A stretch of DNA of 59,451 bases, the filler included. It is 5 parts of 5 records of this genome, joined end to end, with 100 filler letters (N's around TTAATTAATTAA, not from the genome) between each part and the next. Parts side by side here need not be neighbours in the genome. Positions count along the whole stretch, not along the records: positions 15,551 to 25,128 come from DRR378314_1543; positions 25,229 to 40,162 come from DRR378314_1544; 3 more parts are not named here. One strand, 5' to 3'. Under the pieces are notes generated by a model, which was not told where the DNA came from, ran no database searches, and saw nothing but the letters and a program-made list of their open reading frames with translations. Of this stretch, positions 22,901-33,500 are shown one piece after another. The first letter of the stretch is position 1; each line of letters begins with the position of its first letter. The position numbers and the translations under genes were made by a program.

Positions 22901-24995
22901 GGGCGGCACCGAGAACCGGCGGTCGCTGAACCCGAAGCTCGGCCCCGTGCGCGTGTCGACGATCAATCTCGTCGATCTGGCAGGCTCGGAGCGCGTCTCG
23001 CAGACGCACGCGACGGGCGAGCGGCTCAAAGAGGGCGGGTACATCAACAAGTCGCTGATGACGCTGGGAGCGGTGATCAAGGCGATTTCCGAGGGCAACG
23101 AGGCGCGCGCACCGTTCCGCGACTCGAAGCTCACGCGCATTCTGCAGCCGAGTCTGGGCGGGAACGCGCGCACAACGATCATCTGCACGCTGTCGCCGGC
23201 GTGGGAAAACGTTGGCGAGTCGCAGTCGACGCTGTACTTTGCGATGCGCGCGAAGCGCATTGTGAACCGGACGCGGGTGAACGAGACAGAGGGCGACGAG
23301 AAGCAGCTGGTGCAGTACCAGCGACAGAAGCAGGATCTTGTGCAGCGCGTGAAGTATCTGCAGAAATGCGTGCTCGCGTCGGACGCGTTTGCTGCGATGC
23401 AGGATCTGTACCGCCGCGTGCAGGAGCGGCGCGAGGCCATGCAGCGCGCCGCGCCGGTAATCCAGGCGCATGTCCGCGGCCACCAGCAGCGGAAGCGGTA
23501 CGCGGAGATGCGCGAGGCCGAGGAAGTGAAGGAAGCGAAGCGGCGGCAAAAGGCGGAGGAGAAGCGGCGGCGCGAAGAAGCCGAACTTGCCAAGCGCGAG
23601 GCCGCCGAGCGCGCGCGCGCCGAGAAGCGCGAGCGGGAAAAGGCGCGCGTCGCCGCCGAGCGCGAGAAGCTGCAGGCGAAACTGAAGCGCGGGCGCGAGG
23701 TGGCGGACGCCGCGGAGGAGCCGCGCGTCGAGGCTGCGCCGCCCGCGCCTGCGGCGATTCCGCGGCGACGCAAGACGCAGCGGCGGCGCGGCGAATGGGG
23801 CGTGCTGGTGACCACGGAAGATTTCCTCGACGAGTTCGAGGTTGTGTCGTCGCTTGGGTCGGGAACGTTTGCCAAGGTGAAGAAGGCGATTCACAAGGGG
23901 ACGCTCAAGGACGTTGCGATCAAGATTATGGACAAGAACAAGATTATCGAGGAGATGCAGATTGAAGACTATGTGCACGGCGAGATCAAGTGCATGCAGA
24001 CGATCCCGAAGCATCCTCACATTACGAATTTGCTCGAAGTGTTTGAGACCGACGAGAAAATTATTCTGATTCTCGAGTTTGCCAACGGCGGAATGCTGTA
24101 CGACAAGATGACGTCGAAGGAGCAAGGTGGGAAATTCCCCGAGGAGACCTCCAAGTTCTACTTCCAGCAGCTGATGCTTGGTCTTGCGCATTGCCACCGC
24201 CACGGCATTTGTCACCGCGATCTCAAGCCGGAGAACCTCTTGCTGCACAACAATGTTGTGAAGATCACAGACTTTGGGTTCTCGACGATCAAAGAGGAGA
24301 AAGGCAAGCACTCCACGCTGTGCGGGACTCCCGTTTTCCTTGCGCCTGAAATCATCGACACCATGGGCGGCGACAAGCCGTACGAAGGGTTCCCGGTGGA
24401 CATCTGGGCGTGCGGCATTATTTTGTACTCTATGATTACCGGCAAGGTTCCGTATCCCGGCGCCGACGTCTTTGCGATGATGAAGTCGCACATGACGCGC
24501 ACGCTGCAGTTCGGGCCCGAGTTTTCCGAGGGTGCAAAGGAGCTCATCACGCGCATGCTAGATAAGAATCCAACGACGCGCGTCACGGTCGAAGACGTCC
24601 TCAAGGACGAATGGTTCTGCTCCGGCCTGGACGCGACGAACACGTACGTAGCAAAGCACAACGTTGGCGTATTGACTTCGCTGCAAGAGGCCGAGGAAGC
24701 GGCCGCAAGCGCGGGCGATCCCGCGGCCGCCGGTTCAGGGGGCAAGCCGATGCCGAAGCGGCAGAGCGGACCCGCAGCAGCGCCCAAGGCTGCACCGAAG
24801 GCTGCACCCAAGGCTGCACCCAAGGCTGCGCCCAAGGCTGCTGCGCCGGCACCTGCAGCTGCGGGAGGCGCTGCCAAGACGGGTGCGGCGAGAAAGCCAG
24901 CAGGCGCGAAAACCACGCCCGCAAAGGAGACGCCACGGACGACGACTGCGAGGTGCGCTTGTTGCTCGCGCAGCTGGCTGGTAGCGATGGTGTAG
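19974..24995 (+). CDS. Spliced eukaryotic gene: degenerate kinesin motor, kinesin-7-like motor, IQ, ER/K helix, SNF1/CIPK-like kinase and AAPK tail
   Basis: Exons 19974-20852, 21224-21469 and 21804-24995 join through phase-0 GT-AG introns (AAG|gtaagt...aag|GTG and CAG|gtccgt...cag|GTC) into ~1,438 aa. Motor 2 has GQTASGKT, SSRSH and DLAGSE. Kinase has GSGTFAKV, VAIK, HRDLKPEN, DFG and GTPVFLAPE. The 3' end may instead splice at ~24953 to an exon beyond the contig. Confidence 0.8.
24777..24836 (+). repeat. Coding 12-bp tandem repeat, (AAPK)x5
   Basis: GCAGCGCCCAAG GCTGCACCGAAG GCTGCACCCAAG GCTGCACCCAAG GCTGCGCCCAAG. Confidence 0.9.
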
Positions 24996-25128
24996 AAGCT
25001 AGCGAGGGACGCGTGGCAGTTTCGTGCAGAGCCGTCGTATTTCTGAGGATGCGGGGATGCGTACTGCAAGTGAAAAGAAAGGAGGAAGGGTAGGCGTGTG
25101 CGATATCTGCGAAGGCCGCGCGTTTGCG

Positions 25129-25228
25129 NNNNNNNNNNNNNNNNNNNNNNNNNNNNNNNNNNNNNNNNNNNNTTAATTAATTAANNNNNNNNNNNNNNNN
25201 NNNNNNNNNNNNNNNNNNNNNNNNNNNN
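25129..25228. other. Artificial contig spacer
   Basis: N-run, TTAATTAATTAA, N-run. Confidence 0.97.
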
Positions 25229-25321
25229 TTTTTTTTTTTTTTTTTTTTGTTTTCTTTCGTTCGGAGCTCCTCACACGTGCTGGAGCGGCGCCTGCGCATC
25301 TGTTTGTATAATGCACTGCAG

Positions 25322-25735
25322 TATCTGATTGCCGCTGGATTTTCAATTATTGTTGATATAATCTGGCTCGCAACCACCGCCAAGGCGTACACGGATAACG
25401 ACTTTGATACTTACAAGGGAAGCGAGGGCAGGACAGGGCGATTTGCAGTCGTGATGACCGTGCTGCTCTTGATCTTCAAGGTATCGATCTCGGAGGCACC
25501 AATTCGCTCCAGGTGTCCGCTCGTTTACAGATACCCGATGCACGGTTTCAGAGAGGAGTACTGCACTCAGCATATAAGCTGTTTGTTCTACGCTCACGAT
25601 CGTAATCAATGTGCTCCGCTGCTGCTGTCTTCTTGCGCGCCGATGTGCAGGGTTTGTCCTCTTGGACAGTGTTCCGGCTGTATCAGCTTACAGAAGGTCG
25701 AACCGCGCCTACTGTGACAGCCGCCGCCCCCAACG
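25322..25735 (+). CDS. AGTRAP-like small membrane protein, internal exons (partial)
   Basis: Exons 25322-25480 and 25651-25735 splice to YLIAAGFSIIVDIIWLA...TGRFAVVMTVLLLIFK|GLSSWTVFRLYQ. This resembles AGTRAP (LDIVHI...TGRFGVGMAILSLLLKPLSCCFVYHMY). Confidence 0.55.
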
Positions 25736-26975
25736 GTACGCCGCACTTCTCTCGTGTGCGCCACTCACAGAGGCTGCGAGACTCAGTTTGTGGTTTGATA
25801 GCATCGACGAGAGCTGAGTCTCGCGCAGCGTTTACTCCATCGCTTCCCGAAAGAATGTGACACTTTCCGCCAGTCGAGCGTTTCAGATTCCTGTGCGCGT
25901 ACTCGCATGCCGGCACACCGCACTGCTGCTCGATGTATAAAACGGTGCTCGAGCTGTGCATGCGTCATGAACGCGTATTTTTTTCGATGGTGTTCCTTAG
26001 ATTGTAGTGGTTCTGTATTTTTGTGCCATTATGATATATATTTTGTGATTTCTGATGTTTCGTTGCCGATGTCGCGCTGTGCTATCCTTTCGCCGTGGCT
26101 GCGGTGATGCAGTCCTCCCTCCTGGCTCCTCTGTTGTGCCGCCTGGCGCTGATACGTATCCGGCACAGCCGATTGGGTAGTGGACGCGTGGCTCGCACTA
26201 TCTTTCAAGATTGTCGAATACATGTGTCAGAGCACAGATGCATTGGAGTTTAGGCTCAGGAGAAGCATGCCGTCTGTTCCCTCCTTCAACGGCATCGATG
26301 TCCTGGCAATGCCGTCGGTACAGCGCCTTGCTTTCCCGCCGCTTGCTGGTGGATGCGTGGCTCCCTTAGAAGCGCACACTGCGCTGCTGCTTTTGCTGAT
26401 GGAGAAATACAAATGTTCCTCTGCTGGTAAGCCGCTTGCTCCTATTATCATGTCGTTCGTATTGGAAAAGAACGCCTACTACGTTGTCATCTGTTCATAC
26501 TTTGCTTTACGATCGCTGCCACCATTTCTGGTACATAGTGTCGCGGTTGCCAGACACTGTCTGGCACCCACCATGGCACTGCGTTGCTGCGGCACGGACG
26601 TGCACTGTAGAAATTGTGATAGACTCTTTACAATAAATGTCCGATTGTACGGCCGTTTTCTTCAGCGGCCAATAGGAAACTATTACTGTGTGAGCGTGGC
26701 GTATCGTAAGGCATGCCGGCAACATCCTCGTTGTGCGCGCGCAAGATCCCCACGCCAATGCCGTCGTTCATTCTTTCTCTACCGATGTGCCAGACAAAGC
26801 TTTTATTTCTTGACAAAATGGAAGGAAAAAGGAATGACGTGTACAACAAACACGTCAACCAGCGCTGTTATTCGTGCGCGCGTCAAATCTTTCGCATTGC
26901 ATGCGACTGCGATGACGCTGCAGGAACCCTTCGCCTGCTGTGCTTTTTGCCACAGCACTGCGAACGGCGTCTTCT

Positions 26976-28480
26976 TTATTTCGCTAGGTCACTGCGTATA
27001 GATGTAATGAGGGACTGGCGAAGCTCTTTGATCGCTACTTCAACGGCGCTTGATACGGCAGCTGCAGCGGCCGGTGAGAGGTCACGGAGCGCCTCGTCCT
27101 CTCGTGCTTCTCGCTGGGCGCGTATCGCCTCTTTCTCTTTCCTGAGGCGCTCCAGCCGCTCCACTTCACTTTCAGCTGTAGCAAGCGGCTGATAGGACGG
27201 AGGAAATTCGACCACAGATTGAACTTGCTGAAAGTTGATACGCTCAATCGTGGCAAAGGCGAACACGAATTCCTTGTAGCTGTCAAGAAAGCTGTATTCG
27301 GAAAGGATGTCGGGAATTCACCGTCGAGATCGGATTCGAACAAGAAAGGCGTACCGCGGCACCACGCAGTGCGGCCGGACATGCAGGTGAGTGGTTCTCG
27401 TCGAGTACACGAAGGTGCAGTCACAACTTTGCTGAAAGCTTCAAATTCTTCTTGATTCAAGCCAAGAGAATGATACAGAGCGGAGCTTCTTGCATGCTAA
27501 GAGAGGCATATAATCAAAAGGGGGGATGGAGAACCGTATGAAGGCTCGCGATGGGTGCGTGCACCAAGAAACGCGGACTAGTCGACTCCGCCACCTTATT
27601 CCCGGAGGATCGCTATTGCGAAGTGCGATTCAATTCACTACCTGTACGACAGTGGTTCTTGTTTTCATTTTTCGATATATGTAGAAGAGAATGAATGCAA
27701 GAATTACCTTTTATCGTAGATGTTCGACATTTCTTCTGCGAATGTAAGCGGAAGTACCGTCATGCTGAACGGAGGGCGCTCGAGTGTGTGCCGAAGCACT
27801 AGCTCTTTGAAAATTTCAGCGCTGTAGTGATGAGCCAACGGCGCAGAAGAAAACGAAATCAAATCCCTTATCTTTCTTGTATAAAACCCCACTTTTGCTG
27901 TCGTGTTTGTGCGTCTTTTTTCGATTCTGTTGGTAGCGACGGGCTACCACGTAGCTGTAAGGCGCGCACGGGCAACAGTGCGTGTGCATGGCGGAAACAC
28001 GAGTAGAGTGAACGAAGCTTTCTTGACATTTGCGTGTCGGCGCACGGTAGCCTACCTCTGTAGTGTATCCAGTGCCTTGCTTATCGATACTTGATGACAT
28101 GTCAGCATGATTTCCAAGGCGCACGATGTTTGGCGTCCGTCAAGGTGTGCTTCGATACTTGCTGTCACGATGCGGGAAAGGAGCTCGACAAGCGCTTCCT
28201 TAGCGTCGCGTAGAGCGCACGGCCACCGCTCCTCCACGAGTTCACCAAGTCGTCTGGGAAAGAAATGTTGATAAAGAGCGGAATATTTCAGCGGAACCAA
28301 ATCTGATTTGCGCAGTATATCAACATTATTGATATGATAAGAGAATATGAATGCAACAAGACGCCCAGTGGTCACCAAGACAACGTACTGTCGTAGCGCA
28401 CCGTCGTCATCTCCTTGACACAGCTCCTCGATTTCCTGGGCTCCCAGGGCCTGTAGCGGCAGCGCGGTGCGAGCTAAAAG
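26976..28480 (-). CDS. CFAP119/CCDC189 (flagellar central-pair C1a-32, CLAMP-domain)-like protein, spliced, 5' end undefined
   Basis: In-frame GT-AG splicing gives ...GDDDGALRQ|RLGELVEE...HLDGRQTSCALEIMLTCHQVSISKALDTLQ|SAEIFKELVLRHTLERPPFS..., matching the family FKELLL.HSV.RPPFS motif. A coiled-coil last exon ends at 26976. Confidence 0.6.
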
Positions 28481-30576
28481 TTTCTCCTTTCCGTGAGAAG
28501 AATCGACCGGATAGCACCAAAGAAGACATATTTTAGAGGTGTTTTGGTATTTATTTTTTTGAATAAAGAGAGCAATGGCAAGGAATGGAATACAACTTCC
28601 TACGCGCTGCACTTGCTACGACGCACTGTGTGCCGGAGTTTGTGGCTGGCGAACGGTGCTGCGAGGGAAGGCTACGGAGCACCTCCAGCACAGGGTACTT
28701 TCATTTTGTATGCGCCCCGTGCACGTGTCCTTTATCGAACTGCAATTCACTGATAACTACGTAAGCTGAAGCCGATGTTCATAGTGCGTCCTCCAATGTT
28801 GGGGTTGAGAGGGAATTCCTGCGCGAACCTGTACGACGCAGCGCACGCCAGGGCCGCGGTGCAGCGGAGCATGTAGAATGGAAAGGGGAACCACGGAGCG
28901 CGCAGTGCTTCACGGCAAACGATATAGTGCACTTACACATACCACCGAGAATGGCTCAACAAGCTGCTTTTCTCCCATTCCACAGAGCAGATCTGAAGGT
29001 CTTTGTCAGATTACGGAGCCTGCTCAAAACTGCCCAGAAAATTGACTTCGCCGCCTGTCGCTTACGGCCCGAGGACTGTCGGCTTCCGAACCCCGCTCGC
29101 CGTTGGAAGTGGTACGGTGCCTCCAGCGCTCTCCGAGCAACGGGCTGCGATTCGCCGCCGAGACCCAGAATAGATGTTGAGACAAGTCGAGCTCAGAATA
29201 AGCGGCAAGTTGTGCTAAATGGCCGATGCAGTGGAGCGCAAATGCGCAGGGGCCGCGAGAGGAGCAAGGCGAGGGGTCTGGTAGGTGCAGTGTAGGGTGC
29301 GCGAGACGCTCGGGCGGGCAGTCCTCGTGCAGAGCAAGCAGCTCAAGCAGATGGAGACCTACTGCGCGGTTGTGCGGCAAACCTGCGCCGTGCTAGCCGA
29401 TGTGCACCCTACCACCGGTCTTTCGAGGAGTCTCCCGGTGGACTGCGGTTCCTCGCGCTTCGCTTGCAGTCAGGATACAGTATTTTTGGTAAAAAAAGTA
29501 GTGCATTGATTGCAAGTTTATTCCTGGTCTGTTGTGTGCTTGCGAGAGCACGGCTTCGATCTGCGTGCGAAAATGGCTTCCGATAGGTCAAGCTCCGCGG
29601 GTAGCTTGCCTGCTGAAGCAAGGTACTGTAGACGGGGAGGAGAAGCCGAACTCGATCACTAAAACTGACACACACGTGAAAGATTTTGCCCAGAGATGTT
29701 ACTTTCAGAGCTTGTATTTGAATGGGAGTACTTTTTCTTTGGCTAAAGCACGTGAAATTGTGATGATTCGTGTGTTTTGGCTACCCATTGCCGTCCTCTC
29801 TGCGCTCTCAGAGGCGTACAGGCGAGCACCGAAGAGCAGAACTTTGCGTCCCTGTAAGCGATGCCGTGCGCTGCCAGCTACAAAGCATCCCACCTAGCGA
29901 CGCACAAATCGAATTACAGAAGTATTTTTGTCTCTTTCGCGGGAGAAAGTACACGAATGATGGAAAGAGGGAAATCCGGTAATTCTGCTTTGGTGCGAAA
30001 AGTATGTTGCTCTCGAGCTGACCCGCGTTCCGCCTGCTCCACCGCTTCCGACTGCGCGTGGTTGTGCAGCGCGACTTCCAGTGTCCCTTCACTGAGCTCA
30101 TCTGCTGTCACTCCGAACCTGCGGAGACTCAATCTTCATCCCGAGACAATATTTGATGCTTCAAATGAGCGTATCCGGGAAGTATGTTATCGTGGTGGCG
30201 CTCGCTTACTGCAAAATCATACATCCCTATTTTGGAAGCACCTTGAGCAGCCTTGCGTCGCTGCTGCTGTTTGTCGCCGCTCCTGCCCCGAGCTCTGCCA
30301 CAACTGAATTGCTATCGCTGGGGAGGCGGTTTGCTTTGCTTTTTAGCTTGGCTTGCTGCGCACTTGTGGTTAATTATGGCAAGGTGCACAGGTTCATGAA
30401 TCAGTATGCTGTCGGCATTGTTTGCATTATTATTATTTTGCTTGCTGCGAGCATGGTGAGTGGGAGCTGCGTCTCTCTTCAGCGATTCTTTCAGACCTCG
30501 TCTCCACCATAGTTTCTCTCCTCCTAATTCGTTGCCCATCTTTCGTTTCACGCTCTCTTCTGTGCTGCAAATATAG

Positions 30577-33500
30577 GAGATTCTTGTGATTCTTGCACAG
30601 CATCTGAAATCTGAAGGATATACAGCAACCTATTGGACCCTCCAGGTACGTGTGGTGCAGCACTGCAGCGGAGGACGAGAGGCGAAGCCGGGCTGCGTGC
30701 CAGCGTGCGCGCGCGTGTAGGTGCGCCACATATTTCGCCGCCCCCCTCGTCTCACGGCGACACCGGACATTCCGCCCCGCGAAATACGTTACCAGGAAGA
30801 AGCAAGCTTACGTCAGAAAGAACGTCTTGCAGGCCGCAATCACGCCCGGAAGCTGCGAAAAGCAATTCTTGATGGCGATTGGGTGGAAGCGGAGCGTCTA
30901 TGCGTGAAGTACGTCGCCCAGCCGAGTGTTCGCTCTCACTGGTAACGAGTACGGTGCCTACGGACGTGCCATTGGGGCTGGAGCGCTCCCGATCCGCGTT
31001 CTCCTGCCCTACCTTTTCGAAATCCTACATTTTTGTATGAAATTCACCGAGGAGTTTCTAGTTCTCAAGTGACAGGTCCAGGTATTCGGCGCCCGCTTCC
31101 TTGTAGGCAGCTGCTCGGCGCGCGCTGAGGGAACGGAATTCTCCTTCACACTGCACCAACCCAGCTTACCTCCACGCGCGTGGTGCGCAATCTCCTGCAG
31201 ACCTCAGTTTCGCCAGAACAAAGGGTTTCTCTTTCAAGTCTATCGCCAACAATTTCTAGAGGTTATCGAGAGGCAAGAGTATCAAAAGGCGCTGACAATC
31301 TTGACGAAAAAGTTGAAGCCGCTCGAATCGTTCAGCGAGCTCCCTGACGAGGTTCGCGCCTCTCCATGCTCACGAGCTCACATGAACTGCAAATCTGATG
31401 CACTCGTTCCGCAGCATTTTCCTACCAGCGATGAATCGTTTGCTAGCATCGTAAGAAAACCCGGGTCTTTCGGGGAGATCCTAAGGAGTGTTTCTTTTAC
31501 TGTGTGTTATTTGGCGCTCCTCCATTGTGTTCCGGCTGACGACGATCTACGTGCGTGCGTACGAACTGTTTGTCGCGCGCCATTGTGCCTTTCCGCTGTT
31601 GGTTTTTGTACGCGCTAGATCCGTGAGTTGTCGTATTTGCTGACTTGCCGTACTGTGCGCGAGTCTGGTAGCTATTCGCACTGGCCTGGAACGCACGGCG
31701 GTCGCGAGGAGCTCGTGGCAAGCGCTGCTGTACTGAGCGATTCCGAGCGCGAAGCGTTCTCCCCTGTTGCGCAGGTACGTACTCGCGCGCCGTTGGCAGG
31801 AACGGCGCGTTCAGTGCAAGCAATGCCAAAAACCGTAGCAGGCTCTCTCCTGGGCGCATGTATGAAGAGATGCCTCTGCGCAGTCTTCCCCATAACGATA
31901 GAAGGAGTAACTGCGGTCGTCTTTCTCGCATTGAACATGCGCTATTTCCCTGTGCTCGCTCGAATGAACCAGTTCGCGTTGTGCGCAGTGAGTGAGCACA
32001 CCGGCGAAGAGATCTCGCTGTATTCCTCACACTTCGCATGCGACGACCACCACTGTAGTTCATTCTGTTGGCTGGTGAGACTCCTCCGCTTGGTGTAATG
32101 CCTGATAGTCAGTGTGCCCTTTTTCTGCTGCCCATTGTATTCTTTTCGCGCTCTGCCGCTCAGCTGGAGTCGGGTCGTCTCGTCAGCATGCTCAAGCAGG
32201 CGGTCGCGTACCAGGTCCACGCGAGCCGATACCAACCAGAGGTACCGTTGAAACTCATGAGAACGTTGCTATCCCAACTACAGCGTGCGTAAGTGGCGGG
32301 GCTTCGCGATGAGAACGAAAGGAAAGATCGAGAAACTCGGAGACTATCCCCAACACGCGGATTGATTCGCGCGTATTCGAGCTTAAGCGTTTCTGTTTGT
32401 TTGTCTGTTTGTTTGTCTGTTTGTTCTTTTGTTTTGGCTTGGCTGCGTCCCGGTTGACAAGTTCAGTGCGAACAGCGCGTTTCGTAGCTCATCCACAGGT
32501 TTCTACCTTTTGCTTGTTCGGGTCCTGTCAGGCTATCGAATGCAGCACATATTGTGCGAATCGAAAGGTCGAGCTCGGTTGCGCCAGAGCCTCCCTGCAT
32601 GCTTGCTGCTTGTTATGGAAAGAGCGTCGGTTACATCTTGATTTGGAACGAGAAACGCGTATCTTATTTCCTCCACCTGATTCTGCTTCGTGTACTCTTT
32701 CGTTCGTGTTTTGTTCCGCAGGGTCCAGTTGTGGCGTCATCAATTCTGGAGGATTTCCAGTGCTTTGTTTTGCCAAATCGCCCACGCGCAGTGTCAACAG
32801 TACACTCGTGCAGCGTTGATGCTCTTTGTTTCGCTGGGCAGAACGAGAGTCTCATCGTTGTGGGCAGCGCGGACGGAAGCTTGAGCGTGCACGATGTGGA
32901 GAGCGGCACATGTCTGCACTTTGAAGAAAAGAGTCACAAGTTGCGTTTCAAGTGCTGATAGGGCACACAGCGTAGGGGACGTGCGGGACGGGAAGCGACG
33001 GCGCGCTTTGTGCACATTAAAGTGGTTGAGGGCACAGGAAGGGAAGAGGCCATTTCGTTTCACCCCTTCTCCACCGGTTCCGTAGTGAGAAGAGTGTCCC
33101 TTCCCGCGCTCCCTCTTCACACCGTGACAGCGGTGGTAACTGAAGCTGGCATGTTTTTGTTTATTCAGTTTGTGCTAGCGTTGCCGCTGTCGTGCTCTTC
33201 GCGCTGTTATCTGGACGTCGCCTCCTTCTCGCCTGCCAGCTCGGCTGTGCGCCTTGTTAGCGTTAAGGGCTACGAGATGCAATAGTGAACTTCCCACCGC
33301 TCCTTTTTTCTTTCTTCTGCTGAGAATTCTCGTTGTCAATACTATCTCTCTTCGTGTAGGGCACGCGTGTGGGATGTGGCAAGTTCGCGCAGTGGCAAGC
33401 TCGTTGTGTCAGGTGGAAGCCACGGGCAGATACGGCTCTGGAGTGTTGAAACAGGTACGACGGCGCGCGCGGTGGCTTGCTGAGCAGCGTGTACCGCTCT

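Noticed and set aside
20007-25069. Long minus-strand ORFs (844, 398, 384, 368 and 285 aa) over the kinesin-kinase gene
   Set aside because: They have no recognisable motifs and are explained by high GC3 codon bias on the sense strand.
32391-32435. (TTTG/TCTG)n microsatellite, and poly-T runs near 17256, 19142 and 25229
   Set aside because: These are ordinary intronic or intergenic low-complexity sequence with no repeat-spacer structure, so not a CRISPR array.
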